A stretch of DNA of 29,555 bases from a virus (Duplodnaviria; Caudoviricetes). Position numbers and translations under genes: made by a program. The stretch's first letter is position 1, and each line of letters starts with the position of its first letter. The stretch covers positions 1 through 29,555 of IMG/VR virus record IMGVR_UViG_3300037608_000062. One strand, written 5' to 3'. A model generated the notes under the pieces. That model saw only the letters and a list, made by a program, of their open reading frames with translations. It had not been told where the DNA came from and did not search any database. This document shows, one piece after another, positions 1 through 8,938 of this stretch.

Positions 1-1042
1 GGCCCTTGATTTTGTTTAATTGTTTTTCCCATGTTGCCTCTGCAGCTGCGGATCGTTCGGCGGCGATCTGCGCGGCATTGCCCATTTCCTCCATGCCTTT
101 TTTGAAGTTCTCTTTTTGGCTGAAAATAAAATCGAGCCGCATGCGGGCATTCGGGCCGAAGACCTGATCAACTTTTTCATCGAATACTTTAATCGGTACC
201 TGCTTGCGCCATTTGGCCAGGTAGGCTTCGAGGTCTCTTAACACTTCAAGCTGATCGCGCCATTCTGTTGTACCGTCCGCGTTGACCTTACGCACCTTGA
301 CGCCGCTGGCCTCGAGGATATCGGCCTTGTCCTGTATCGCGCCGAGCGTTTCGTTGAGCTGCATGATGACGCGGGGATTACTCATGCCTGCCATGCCCAG
401 GCCACGCAGCATGCCGAGGGTTTGCGTATATTCTTTTTTAGAACCGCCGCGAAGAACCAGGCGCTGCATGACGGTATCGAGCGATTCCACGTCGACGCGG
501 GAAGCGACCAGGGCTTCGCCGACGCTTGCGGCTTCCTTTGCGGTAAGCCGGTATAATTTCATAATCTGGACAATGCGATCCTGTACGACATCAAACGGCG
601 CTTTCATCGCATCAGCGGTTTTATCCGTTACGCGCATGATCTGCATGATATCGTCCGGTTTATACATGAAAGATAATTTATAGGCGGACTGGAAGGTCTC
701 ACCGGTATTTTCGCCGATCTCTCCGGAGAGGGAAGCAATCTTCTTTTTAAAGATGTCTATCTCGGCGCTATTGGCCTTGAGATTGACGCGCATGCGCAGG
801 AGAGCGTCATCGACGGGCATATAATCGGAAAGAGAAAAGAGCTTCTTGAGCACAAGGCCGGTGGAAAGCGCCGTTGCCGCCTGGCCCAAAACGCCCACGT
901 TAGCGGTAAGCTGCTGCACCTTCTGCATGGTATTACTGACATGAGTGCGGAAACTGCCGAGCGCACGTTCGCCTTGCTGAAATCCCTGCTGGAATTTATC
1001 AGATTTGGCGATCAGCTCTAATAATACTTTCATGTCCGGCAT
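1..1042 (-). CDS. Tail tape measure protein (N-terminal part; runs off the window start)
   Basis: Manually translated open frame MPDMKVLLELIAKSDKFQQGFQQGERALGSF..., helical and Ala/Gln-rich; lies after the tail tube and chaperone genes. Absent from the ORF track because it has no stop in the window. Confidence 0.85.
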   Translation of the reverse strand, partial: MPDMKVLLELIAKSDKFQQGFQQGERALGSFRTHVSNTMQKVQQLTANVGVLGQAATALSTGLVLKKLFSLSDYMPVDDALLRMRVNLKANSAEIDIFKKKIASLSGEIGENTGETFQSAYKLSFMYKPDDIMQIMRVTDKTADAMKAPFDVVQDRIVQIMKLYRLTAKEAASVGEALVASRVDVESLDTVMQRLVLRGGSKKEYTQTLGMLRGLGMAGMSNPRVIMQLNETLGAIQDKADILEASGVKVRKVNADGTTEWRDQLEVLRDLEAYLAKWRKQVPIKVFDEKVDQVFGPNARMRLDFIFSQKENFKKGMEEMGNAAQIAAERSAAAEATWEKQLNKIKG

Positions 1043-1043
1043 A

Positions 1044-1187
1044 TTATTTCTTCTTTACGATAAACTTTTTGCCCGTGCCTTTTGTTCTGGGCTTTTTCAA
1101 ATTTGTCCAGGCGTCAATGTATTCCAACGCTTCATCTTCTGGCATGGCCAGCGCCTCGCTATATGTGAAGCCGATTTTTAACAGCAT
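1044..1187 (-). CDS. Tail assembly chaperone second ORF (gpT-like), probably expressed as a frameshift extension
   Basis: MLLKIGFTYSEALAMPEDEALEYIDAWTNLKKPRTKGTGKKFIVKKK fills the gap between chaperone and tape measure. The frame is open back into the 3' end of the chaperone, and there is no well-spaced SD. Confidence 0.65.
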   Translation of the reverse strand: MLLKIGFTYSEALAMPEDEALEYIDAWTNLKKPRTKGTGKKFIVKKK

Positions 1188-1203
1188 CACTATTAACTGG
1201 CGG

Positions 1204-1530
1204 CTATCTTTCCTTTTCTTTGCGAAAGGTGGCGCTCTGTAGAGCTAACCTCACTTCCGCCGCTGATATTTCGTTCTGGTCTTCTTGATCCATACCCATC
1301 AGCAAATCGCCCGTAATCTCTTCCTTCGGGATTGTGCCGAGACTCAGAAGCATATTGGCCGTGATGCAGAGTTCAGCATACAGCTTGTTTTTTTCCGCTC
1401 GTGCGGCCCGCGCTGGGTCGTCAAAGATGTTGACGGTATCAGCAACAATCTGTTTGCGGATTTCAAAGGCTCTGTGGGTTACGCCTTCATATTCAACGCC
1501 ATTCGGCAGAGTTCCTTTTTCTGTAAACAT
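1204..1530 (-). CDS. Tail assembly chaperone (Mu gp41/lambda gpG-like)
   Basis: 108 aa acidic protein between tube and tape measure; GTLPNGVEYEGVTHRAFEIR resembles Mu-like chaperones. Confidence 0.75.
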   Translation of the reverse strand: MFTEKGTLPNGVEYEGVTHRAFEIRKQIVADTVNIFDDPARAARAEKNKLYAELCITANMLLSLGTIPKEEITGDLLMGMDQEDQNEISAAEVRLALQSATFRKEKER

Positions 1531-1558
1531 GTGCAGATCCTTTCAGTCGCTTATAAAT

Positions 1559-1600
1559 CGTGGAAGGTGAAGGGTAAAAGATAACCCTCCACTCTTCACG
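1559..1600. repeat. Inverted pair of degenerate 7-bp (GTGAA/TTCAC) arrays forming an imperfect hairpin
   Basis: cgtggaaggtgaaggg (1559-1574) versus ccctccactcttcacg (1585-1600). Confidence 0.6.
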
Positions 1601-1604
1601 GATA

Positions 1605-1970
1605 TTATGTCTCTGTTCTTTTTTTCGCGGAGAAGTCGATAGTTTTAACGACACACTCGGCTTCGGGATCATACTTGGCTTCGCCGATCTTTGTCGCATA
1701 AACACCGGTGTATTTAATTCTCGTGCCGTTTTGCCGGTCGATGGTCAGCGTGCCGCCCTTGACTGTGGTGAAATCAAATTCCGGTGAATCAGATGGAATC
1801 GCATAATCCACTTTAGCAGTAGGACGTTCCAGTTTTTTGGAATGGCCGGTGCTGTTCATTAACTTCACGGCGTTATACAACTCGCGTTCACCTTCAGTTA
1901 CCGATTTAAAATCGGTTATGCTCTTGCCGTTGACTTCCAGCAATATTTGATTGACAAATTCTTCTGACAT
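1605..1970 (-). CDS. Tail tube protein
   Basis: 121 aa beta-rich protein directly after the sheath gene; GGAGG SD upstream. Confidence 0.75.
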   Translation of the reverse strand: MSEEFVNQILLEVNGKSITDFKSVTEGERELYNAVKLMNSTGHSKKLERPTAKVDYAIPSDSPEFDFTTVKGGTLTIDRQNGTRIKYTGVYATKIGEAKYDPEAECVVKTIDFSAKKRTET

Positions 1971-1988
1971 TTTAAAACCTCCAGTTTT

Positions 1989-2027
1989 AGATTGCCACGT
2001 CCACGATAAATCGGGACTCGCAATGAC
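1989..2027 (-). repeat. REP/RPE-like palindrome, type A2 (GTCATTGCGAG...GTGGCAATCT)
   Basis: Minus strand gtcattgcgagtcccgatttatcgtggacgtggcaatct; ATTGC/GCAAT arms and the GTCATT start shared with type A; sits between sheath and tube. Confidence 0.65.
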
Positions 2028-2036
2028 AATTTTATT

Positions 2037-3461
2037 TTAAAGCAGTAAATCTATCCGACCGGCGAACACATGCAGGCCGTTGACTACGTCGCAGGGGATC
2101 TTCGCGTTGAGCCGGTTGGCATCCGTTTCATCGCGTTCAACAATCACGCCGTCGGCATTGGCCGCAACTTCCTCGACAATTTCCAGATCCTCTAGTTTAT
2201 AGAGCACGTCCATGATCTGATCGCGCACGGCCTCAGGCGTTTTGCTCGACAATTTTTCGCGCGGGAATCGCAGCGCGATGCGAGTGCGGACGGCCTCTCT
2301 CACATAATCCAGGGTGCGGATTGTGGTGATATCCAGTAACGAAACATCGTCAATGTTGTTGGCGTCGTGAACATAGGTGCTGATGGCGCGGACGATCTGG
2401 ACGACTTCGCCGGGGCCTACTTCCAGCGGCGCAGCGCCGTTGGCGAGGCAGGATTCCTGCTCTGTCCGGGACAATCGCGAAGCGATAGGCGGAGCAGCGA
2501 TGCCCGTTAATGCCAGCGTATTGAGCGGTCTGGCGGGATCTTCCTCGTAAGCCATGACCGCCGCCATTGCTGCTGCAATTTCGTAAATCGGGCTTTTCGT
2601 GCCGCGTAAATACGCGCAGAGAATACGCCCGGAATTGATCGTGCTGGTCAGTGTGGTGACTGTGCCCAGCGCGTCGTCATCGGCAATTACGCCTATGCCG
2701 GGTCGCTGTTCCATCGGGCCGGATACTAAATCCAGATGGGTTTTTAGCGCCGCATACGATGTTGCATCGATGAACGGCACGGCGATGATGTCGTATTGTT
2801 CACCTACTACTGCCGCCAATGCCGTGGCAAGTGTCGGGTCGACCGATCCGGCTGTCGTTGCAGTGAATGCGCCAGTAACGCCGGTGGCCGTAATTTCCAC
2901 GGCAAAATCGATCTGGTTGGCCACGGTGCCCTTGTTTTTGGCGGTGAAGGCCAACGAGCCTGTCGTGTGCACAACGGTAAAGGGCAGGGCAGGATCATTG
3001 TCCAGGGCGGCTTTGAGTGCGTCGCCGATGATTGTGGCCGTGTCTGTCAATGTTATGCCTACCTGATAGCGGACATTGCCGACCCATAGAGTTAATGCGC
3101 CACTGCCGCTGGCCGGGCCGGTAATGGCTAATGTGTGAACGCGGGCGACCGGCGATGTGGCAAAATCGTCGAGCGCGCAAACGGTCAAATCCAGATACGG
3201 ATTGGCCTTGATGGCCGCTCTGACCATCAGGTGCGCGATGGAGCCGTTGCCAAAATATGCCGCCGCTTCAGCGTCGGAAAATACCTGCGTGGCAATAAGC
3301 TCCGCGACTGATCCAGCCGCAAGCCTTTGCGCGATGATCAGCATTTTCTGCGCGTTGGCGGGTAGCGTCCTTACCGCCAGTTTGGTATTAAACTCTAAAT
3401 ACTTGCCTGGCTTGCGGATGCTGCCGGGAATTGAATCAAATGTAATATTTTTCGATCCCAT
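2037..3461 (-). CDS. Contractile tail sheath protein (Mu gpL-like)
   Basis: ITFDSIPGSIRKPGKYLEF N-terminus, FGNGSIAHLM, EEDPARPLNTL, and C-terminal DVVNGLHVFAGRIDLLL, typical of Mu-like sheaths. Confidence 0.95.
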   Translation of the reverse strand: MGSKNITFDSIPGSIRKPGKYLEFNTKLAVRTLPANAQKMLIIAQRLAAGSVAELIATQVFSDAEAAAYFGNGSIAHLMVRAAIKANPYLDLTVCALDDFATSPVARVHTLAITGPASGSGALTLWVGNVRYQVGITLTDTATIIGDALKAALDNDPALPFTVVHTTGSLAFTAKNKGTVANQIDFAVEITATGVTGAFTATTAGSVDPTLATALAAVVGEQYDIIAVPFIDATSYAALKTHLDLVSGPMEQRPGIGVIADDDALGTVTTLTSTINSGRILCAYLRGTKSPIYEIAAAMAAVMAYEEDPARPLNTLALTGIAAPPIASRLSRTEQESCLANGAAPLEVGPGEVVQIVRAISTYVHDANNIDDVSLLDITTIRTLDYVREAVRTRIALRFPREKLSSKTPEAVRDQIMDVLYKLEDLEIVEEVAANADGVIVERDETDANRLNAKIPCDVVNGLHVFAGRIDLLL

Positions 3462-3463
3462 GA

Positions 3464-3673
3464 TTATTCTTTACCTCCCTTTTTATTCGTTTTGTCCTGG
3501 CTTCCCGCCTGCGCGGGAATGACAGCGGTGTCTGCAACGACAAGCGAGCCGTCAGCAACCAGGCGCAGATAATAAGCGCTACTAGGTACTTTCTGCGGTG
3601 TTTTGTCGTCAATGTACTCTCGCGGTTTGCCTTCCTTTGGGCATTTGGTGCCCGGCGCTGATTGAACGTTCAT
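3464..3673 (-). CDS. Mu gp38-like protein (DUF2635-like)
   Basis: APG..CPKEG...VPSSAYYLRLVADGSLV motif and position just before the sheath; AGGAGG SD. Confidence 0.8.
   Translation of the reverse strand: MNVQSAPGTKCPKEGKPREYIDDKTPQKVPSSAYYLRLVADGSLVVADTAVIPAQAGSQDKTNKKGGKE
3497..3523 (-). repeat. REP-like palindrome type A, in frame inside the gp38-like gene
   Basis: GTCATTCCCGCGCAGGCGGGAAGCCAG, encoding VIPAQAGSQ. Confidence 0.9.
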
Positions 3674-3693
3674 AGTGGTACCTCCTATTGTTC

Positions 3694-3720
3694 CTGGATT
3701 CCCGCCTGCGCGGGAATGAC
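3694..3720 (-). repeat. REP-like palindrome type A
   Basis: GTCATTCCCGCGCAGGCGGGAATCCAG, intergenic. Confidence 0.92.
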
Positions 3721-3727
3721 AGTTTAA

Positions 3728-4243
3728 TTATTGATCCAGTGTTACCGTATCGCTGGCGTCGACAACCTCATCACCGGGTTTCAAATAATAATTCAGGCCG
3801 ATGGTCAGCATATCCACGATGTCCTCATCGCTGATCGCGGTTAAAACAAAGCCGGTTTCAAATTCTATTTGAAAAATGATTTTGCCCGCTTTGGCTTCGG
3901 CCTCTTCGGTGATATTGTCCAGGCGCTTCGGTGCCAGCGCATCTATTTTCAGGCCGAGCTTGTTATTGATGAGCAATGCCAGTATCGCCAGCAGAATGGG
4001 ATAGACGCCTTTGCGACGGTCTTCGACACTGCGCAGATTTTGAAATGTGACGATTACAAACACCTGAGGCGATATTTTAAATGTCTGCGCGATGCGCGAA
4101 AAAGTGCCGCCGCCGACAATCACATCAACGATAGGCAGATTGAGCGCCAGCTTGCTGTGCGCTTCGTCGATCCCGGCCCTTACAGCGCCTGTCAGCTTCG
4201 CGTTCAGTCTGGTGACTATTCCGTTTTCGATATCGGTTAGCAT
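3728..4243 (-). CDS. Mu gp37-like tail completion/terminator protein (DUF1834-like)
   Basis: Position between gp36 and gp38; MLTDIENGIVTRL N-terminus. ATG at 4243 preferred (TTG at 4252 is the alternative). Confidence 0.75.
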   Translation of the reverse strand: MLTDIENGIVTRLNAKLTGAVRAGIDEAHSKLALNLPIVDVIVGGGTFSRIAQTFKISPQVFVIVTFQNLRSVEDRRKGVYPILLAILALLINNKLGLKIDALAPKRLDNITEEAEAKAGKIIFQIEFETGFVLTAISDEDIVDMLTIGLNYYLKPGDEVVDASDTVTLDQ

Positions 4244-4254
4244 ACTTTTCAATC

Positions 4255-4281
4255 CTGGATTCCCGCCTACGCGGGAATGAC
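4255..4281 (-). repeat. REP-like palindrome type A
   Basis: GTCATTCCCGCGTAGGCGGGAATCCAG. Confidence 0.92.
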
Positions 4282-4290
4282 AATTAATAA

Positions 4291-4716
4291 TTAAAATCCC
4301 TTCAATTTATCGCGTGTGAAGATGCGATCACTTACCGATTTGTTGGCCTCGGCCCCTTCCGACGTAGACGCAGCCGGTGGCGGATCAACTCCCAGGGAAA
4401 GTCGACCAGAAGAAATATCTTTGAGCCGGGCAACCGCATTGTCATAAGATTTTTGTACGTCATCAGAGACGGTGCGCCGTTTGTAGAGATAATAAATCGA
4501 CATGTCCAGGGAAAGCCCGGCGACGACAGGAGGCACCGTTGTAAACGGCACCGCGTACTTAACGGCGCAATAGCCGTCAATTTCCGCGTCCGCCCGTGCG
4601 ATGGCCTTTGTGACATTTTCAGTAATGATCGCGCCGACGTTGTCATCGTCAGTTAATTGTTGGACAACCGCTTCGGTGATCGCTTTTTTAATGTCTGCTA
4701 ATGTGCAGTATGCCAT
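4291..4716 (-). CDS. Mu gp36/gpJ-like head-tail adaptor (DUF1320-like)
   Basis: MAYCTLADI...QLTDD...AIARADAEIDGY...Y.VP...YDNAVARLKDISSGRLSLG signature. Confidence 0.92.
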   Translation of the reverse strand: MAYCTLADIKKAITEAVVQQLTDDDNVGAIITENVTKAIARADAEIDGYCAVKYAVPFTTVPPVVAGLSLDMSIYYLYKRRTVSDDVQKSYDNAVARLKDISSGRLSLGVDPPPAASTSEGAEANKSVSDRIFTRDKLKGF

Positions 4717-4735
4717 TTTTTGCCTCTTATTTATT

Positions 4736-4760
4736 GGGGCGCGATGCATCGCTCCCCTAC
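4736..4760. repeat. GTAG-type REP palindrome (type B), degenerate
   Basis: ggggcgcgatgcatcgctcccctac; supplies the TAG stop (4757-4759) of the upstream gene. Confidence 0.8.
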
Positions 4761-5077
4761 GTAATTTTGGTCAAATTTTTCACCGCGTAGATATATTCGT
4801 CCGTGACTTTTTTGCTTGTTGCCCCGTAAGTGATTTGCACGGTCACCCGCTTTCGCTCTCTCTCAACCGCGGTGTCGATAATTGCGTTTTGGACATCGGT
4901 AATTGTCAGATCATGCGTGGCCGCAGACGGCGCGAATGATGTCCAGTCGAGGATCTGCGTCCCGGATTCGACATCGTCAATCCTATATTGCGCGGCGGTT
5001 GGAATAACACCGATGCTACTTTCATCTTTAAACGATAACCGCAAAATCAATGTTGTTTTTTCGTTGATAATTTCCAT
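4757..5077 (-). CDS. Small beta-rich virion-associated protein (possibly BppU/Ig-like), insert gene 3
   Basis: 106 aa with alternating hydrophobic strands; function inferred only from composition and context. Confidence 0.5.
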   Translation of the reverse strand: MEIINEKTTLILRLSFKDESSIGVIPTAAQYRIDDVESGTQILDWTSFAPSAATHDLTITDVQNAIIDTAVERERKRVTVQITYGATSKKVTDEYIYAVKNLTKIT

Positions 5078-5092
5078 TTTTATTTCCCTATT

Positions 5093-5120
5093 GTAGGGGC
5101 ACGATGCATCGTGCCCCTAC
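5093..5120. repeat. GTAG-type REP palindrome (type B)
   Basis: Perfect 28-bp palindrome GTAGGGGCACGATGCATCGTGCCCCTAC. Confidence 0.92.
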
Positions 5121-5127
5121 GCCATAA

Positions 5128-5634
5128 TTAACTAAACGTAATTGCCAGGTCTACAGTCCAAATCTGCCCGGCGGTCTTCGTGCCCTGGTCGGAAACCTTA
5201 CGATTCAAATTCTTGCCGGTGTCGGTGGCGGCGTTGATTATGGTAAATTCCTTCCATGCAAAGTTCGCCACATTCGCGGTGAATACAGACCGGAAAGTGA
5301 CTGTCTGGTTTGCACGTGACGGATAACTGGTTTCCATCGCGGCATAGGCTTTGTTGGTTGCTGCTTGAAGCGCTGTTTGCGTGGCCGCTGCCTCCGTGTC
5401 GCTGTCGCCGACGCCGATATATGCGTTGGCGTTAGAAAATGCCGTGCCGCCAATACCGCACAGCAAATCTATGTGTTCACCTATGCCTTCGTTAAGCATC
5501 AGGTTCCCGTCGATTTCGGCAACATCAAACGGCCTGTTATTTGCGAACGCTTTTTCATCCGCGTATTTGCGAAGTGTCCATTTGGTTTTATGTCCGGCTT
5601 GATCTGCTACGACTGCTGGTGCTATTTGTTTCAT
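5128..5634 (-). CDS. Phage structural protein resembling fibre-anchoring domains, insert gene 2
   Basis: N.MLNEG...YIGVGD...ATQTALQ...VTFRSVF...ANFAWKEF...LNRKV...KTAGQIW pattern resembles phage fibre N-terminal/attachment domains; AAGGAGG SD. Confidence 0.55.
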   Translation of the reverse strand: MKQIAPAVVADQAGHKTKWTLRKYADEKAFANNRPFDVAEIDGNLMLNEGIGEHIDLLCGIGGTAFSNANAYIGVGDSDTEAAATQTALQAATNKAYAAMETSYPSRANQTVTFRSVFTANVANFAWKEFTIINAATDTGKNLNRKVSDQGTKTAGQIWTVDLAITFS

Positions 5635-5644
5635 AATTTCCTCC

Positions 5645-8600
5645 TTAAATTTTTGTAAAAGTTATTTTCCCTTTTCGGGGTGTTATAGTTATATTGCCTT
5701 TTCTGGGCGTGAACGTAATGTCCACCCTCTTGGAATCCTGCCTGTAATTGACAACGACATCTACGCCTGTGCCGGAATCGGCCAGAGAAATAAGAGTGCC
5801 TATAAAGCTGAGGACGTCCACGCCCATGCCGGAATCGGGTATGGTAAGAGATACTTTTATTGACTGAGCGCTGTCATCGCCGGAGCCACTATCGATGATG
5901 GTGATTAGGGCAGAGACAAGATTGATGATTTCGGTGCCGGAGCCGCTGTCGGCCAGCGAAAATGATACCTCGATCGCCGGTGAAATGTCCGTGCCCGTGC
6001 CGGTATCCGTAATATTCAAAGAGGCCAGGAGTTGTTTTATTGCATCGTTGCCCGCGCCGGTATCCGAAACAGAAATTAGTGCATTGATTTTTGCAATGAC
6101 ATCCGCGCCCGCGCCTGTATCTGTAAGTGACAATAATGTTGAAATCAGGCTGATGACATCCGCGCCTGCATTGTTATCATTCACTGAAAGTGAAACCCTT
6201 ATGTTTGCTGTGTCAGAGCCGACGCCCGTGTCATTAATAGATAACAATGCGGTGATTATGCTTATAACGTCGATACCCGCACCGGTATCCGATACTGCCA
6301 GGGAAACATTAACCGCAACCGCGTCGGATCCCGTACCCGTATCTGCAAGTGAAAGCAATGCGGCAATCAGCGAGACGGCATCTGCGCCGATGCCGGAATC
6401 AACAATATTAAGCGACACATTGACAGCGGGTGTGTCGGTACCGGATCCGCTGTCGGCCAGCGATAATGACACTTTGATTGCTGCAGCGTCGGATCCTGTG
6501 CCAGTGTCCGGGAGAGACAGGGCAACGTTGATGGCCGGAGCATTATCGGTGCCTGTGCCTGTATCCGGGAGAGACAGGGCAACGTTGATGGCCGGAGCGT
6601 TATCGGTGCCTGTGCCTGTATCCAGCACAGAGATAAGCCTCTGAATGAGATTGACAACGTCACTGCCTGCGCCGGTATCCGATACTGCCAGGGAAACATT
6701 AACCGCAACCGCGTCGGATCCCGCACCGGTATCGGTGAGCGATAATAGTTTTGCTAAAAGTAAAACGCTAATATCATCTGCGCCGAGGCCGGAATCAGTT
6801 ACATTAAGATACACATTAACAGCCGGTGTGTCGCTACCGGAGCCGTTGTCGGCCAGCGATAATGACACTTTGATTGCCGCTGTATCCGAACCCGTGCCGG
6901 TGTCCGGGAGCGTTATCGCCACATTGATACCGGAGATTATATCCGCGCCCGCGCCGGTATCCAGCACAGTGATGAGCCTCTGTACAAGACTGACAACTTC
7001 GCTGCCCGCGCCGGTATCCGATACTGTCAGGGAAACATTAACCGCAACGGCGTCGGATCCCGTACCCGTATCTGCAAGTGAAAGCAATGCGGCAATCAGC
7101 GAGACGGCATCTGCGCCGATGCCGGAATCGGCAACATTAAGCGACACATTGACAGCGGGTGTGTCGTTGCCCGAACCGTTGTCGGCAAGGGATAAAGATA
7201 CTTTGACTGCTGCTGTATCTGAGCCAGTACCCGCGTCCGGAAGTGTAATCGCCACGTTGATACTGGAAATTATATCTGCGCCAGCGCCGCTTTCAGCGAC
7301 AGTTATTAACCTGGATACGATATCGACAATATCATTGCCTGATCCTGAATCGGAAATATTGATCGAAACATTAAGGCCGGAAATAATATCCGCGCCTGCA
7401 CCGCTGTCGGCTAGGGCAAGCAATACTGATAAAAGATTGACGATATCCGTACCTGAGCCGCTGTCAGTGAGAGGCAATCGTGCAGCGATCCCGCTGCCGA
7501 GAATATCCGCGCCCGCGCCGGTATCGCTGAGCGACAGGCCAACTGCAATCTGTGCCACGGCATCACTGCCTGCGCCGGAGTCGGTGATTGATTTGATTGT
7601 TTGAACTGTAATGCTTAAATACGGGTCGCTAGATGTCCCCGAGTAATTTGAATATCTTGCTCCATTTCTGGCTGACGTGGCTCCAGGATCACTTTTTAGA
7701 TAATCATAGGTATACTCTCTACAACATATCAATGTTGTTCCACTTACATTTATATCTGTGATACCTTGAGCATTAAATGCTATTTCATTTGCTTTCAAAG
7801 ATTCCCATGTTATATGCCCATATTCACTCCCGCTAAACGAGTCGTAATCAGCAGTTGTCAACGTGGCTGCTTGTGTCCCTTTCATAGCGCACACAGCGGA
7901 TTCGGCATACGTAGCTGGACACGTTATAAAATTACTAACGCCTGATATCGTCCCAGTTATGCCTGAAGTATTGTAAAAGAAGAATGACCTCGTTATATAA
8001 TAACTGGTTGGTTTATTAACCCTAAAAGCAGTAACGTAGTAAGTATCACCATCGGATACGGTATCACCAGTTCCCGCACTTTGGCATGTACTGAATGTAC
8101 TATTGTTATAAGTTACATACCCATCCGCAGTGCTTGAATATATCGGATCAAGATCGATCAGATATGATTTGGGCAACAAGTCGGCATTAAAATCTTTGGT
8201 TGATTCTTTGATGTATGTGAGTGTGCCGTCGTGATTGTCTATGACGGTATGTGTAATAAGGTGCTGCACATCTGCAAGCGGCTCGTAAGTGTCAGCGTCA
8301 ATCAGCAACGGTTTACGCAAACGTAAGCGGAATTGTCCGGATTTTTTTGAATAGAACCATTCCTCATCAATGTCTGCCATTTTTTTGTAGTCAAGGCCTT
8401 TGATGTGAACGGTGAAGATAATTTTAAAATGTTTTATCGGAGAGGGCACCTTGACCATCTGCCGCGCGCCCTGGCGTGTAGCCCGGATAATCACATTACC
8501 CAAGTCTGCCGTTACGGCATCGATCGGAATATGTTTGGCCACGTCGACCGGAATATCCACGCCGTCATATTGAATGCGTTCGATGCTGATTTCAAATTGC

Positions 8601-8893
8601 TCAGCGCCGGTTTGATTGTCGTCTGGGCGAATGCCGAGATATTTATTTTTAAGGCCGTCCTGGCGAACGCCCACGGACATGATATTTTTATCACGCAGCC
8701 ATATGCCGTTGACTGATTTTGAAGACGTATTAAGCAGTGAATCGAGCTCAATAAATTTAAGATTATCCATCGGGCCGTACGCGACCGGATTCATGTGCGT
8801 ACGGCAATGATAAATTTTACTGCCGTCGCTCATATAATGAATAATCGCGCTCTTATTCCCCGGTAACAGGTTTCTGGATAATATTTCTGGCAT
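5645..8893 (-). CDS. 1082-aa putative virion appendage/adhesin with ~33 DxGxGxD repeats, insert gene 1
   Basis: Intact long ORF with a non-repetitive N-terminal ~430 aa, then 18-21 aa repeats and a basic C-terminal tail (ITFTPRKG repeated). Confidence 0.7.
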   Translation of the reverse strand: MPEILSRNLLPGNKSAIIHYMSDGSKIYHCRTHMNPVAYGPMDNLKFIELDSLLNTSSKSVNGIWLRDKNIMSVGVRQDGLKNKYLGIRPDDNQTGAEQFEISIERIQYDGVDIPVDVAKHIPIDAVTADLGNVIIRATRQGARQMVKVPSPIKHFKIIFTVHIKGLDYKKMADIDEEWFYSKKSGQFRLRLRKPLLIDADTYEPLADVQHLITHTVIDNHDGTLTYIKESTKDFNADLLPKSYLIDLDPIYSSTADGYVTYNNSTFSTCQSAGTGDTVSDGDTYYVTAFRVNKPTSYYITRSFFFYNTSGITGTISGVSNFITCPATYAESAVCAMKGTQAATLTTADYDSFSGSEYGHITWESLKANEIAFNAQGITDINVSGTTLICCREYTYDYLKSDPGATSARNGARYSNYSGTSSDPYLSITVQTIKSITDSGAGSDAVAQIAVGLSLSDTGAGADILGSGIAARLPLTDSGSGTDIVNLLSVLLALADSGAGADIISGLNVSINISDSGSGNDIVDIVSRLITVAESGAGADIISSINVAITLPDAGTGSDTAAVKVSLSLADNGSGNDTPAVNVSLNVADSGIGADAVSLIAALLSLADTGTGSDAVAVNVSLTVSDTGAGSEVVSLVQRLITVLDTGAGADIISGINVAITLPDTGTGSDTAAIKVSLSLADNGSGSDTPAVNVYLNVTDSGLGADDISVLLLAKLLSLTDTGAGSDAVAVNVSLAVSDTGAGSDVVNLIQRLISVLDTGTGTDNAPAINVALSLPDTGTGTDNAPAINVALSLPDTGTGSDAAAIKVSLSLADSGSGTDTPAVNVSLNIVDSGIGADAVSLIAALLSLADTGTGSDAVAVNVSLAVSDTGAGIDVISIITALLSINDTGVGSDTANIRVSLSVNDNNAGADVISLISTLLSLTDTGAGADVIAKINALISVSDTGAGNDAIKQLLASLNITDTGTGTDISPAIEVSFSLADSGSGTEIINLVSALITIIDSGSGDDSAQSIKVSLTIPDSGMGVDVLSFIGTLISLADSGTGVDVVVNYRQDSKRVDITFTPRKGNITITPRKGKITFTKI
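5760..7590 (-). repeat. Intragenic coding repeat array
   Basis: 57-bp tandem duplication starting at 6507 and 6564; near-identical ~118-bp blocks at ~6283-6400 and ~7012-7128, with a partial third copy at ~6672-6722. Confidence 0.9.
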
Positions 8894-8938
8894 AGTATTA
8901 TTACTTTTCCTTCTTAGCGATCATCATTGATCTCACCA

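Noticed and set aside
6283-7128. Near-identical repeat pair as a DGR template/variable repeat
   Set aside because: Both copies are in frame within one gene, the mismatches seen are not adenine-specific, and there is no reverse transcriptase in the window.
5895-7604. Long plus-strand ORFs (249 and 319 aa)
   Set aside because: Antisense shadows of the repeat protein's biased codons; no independent coding signal.
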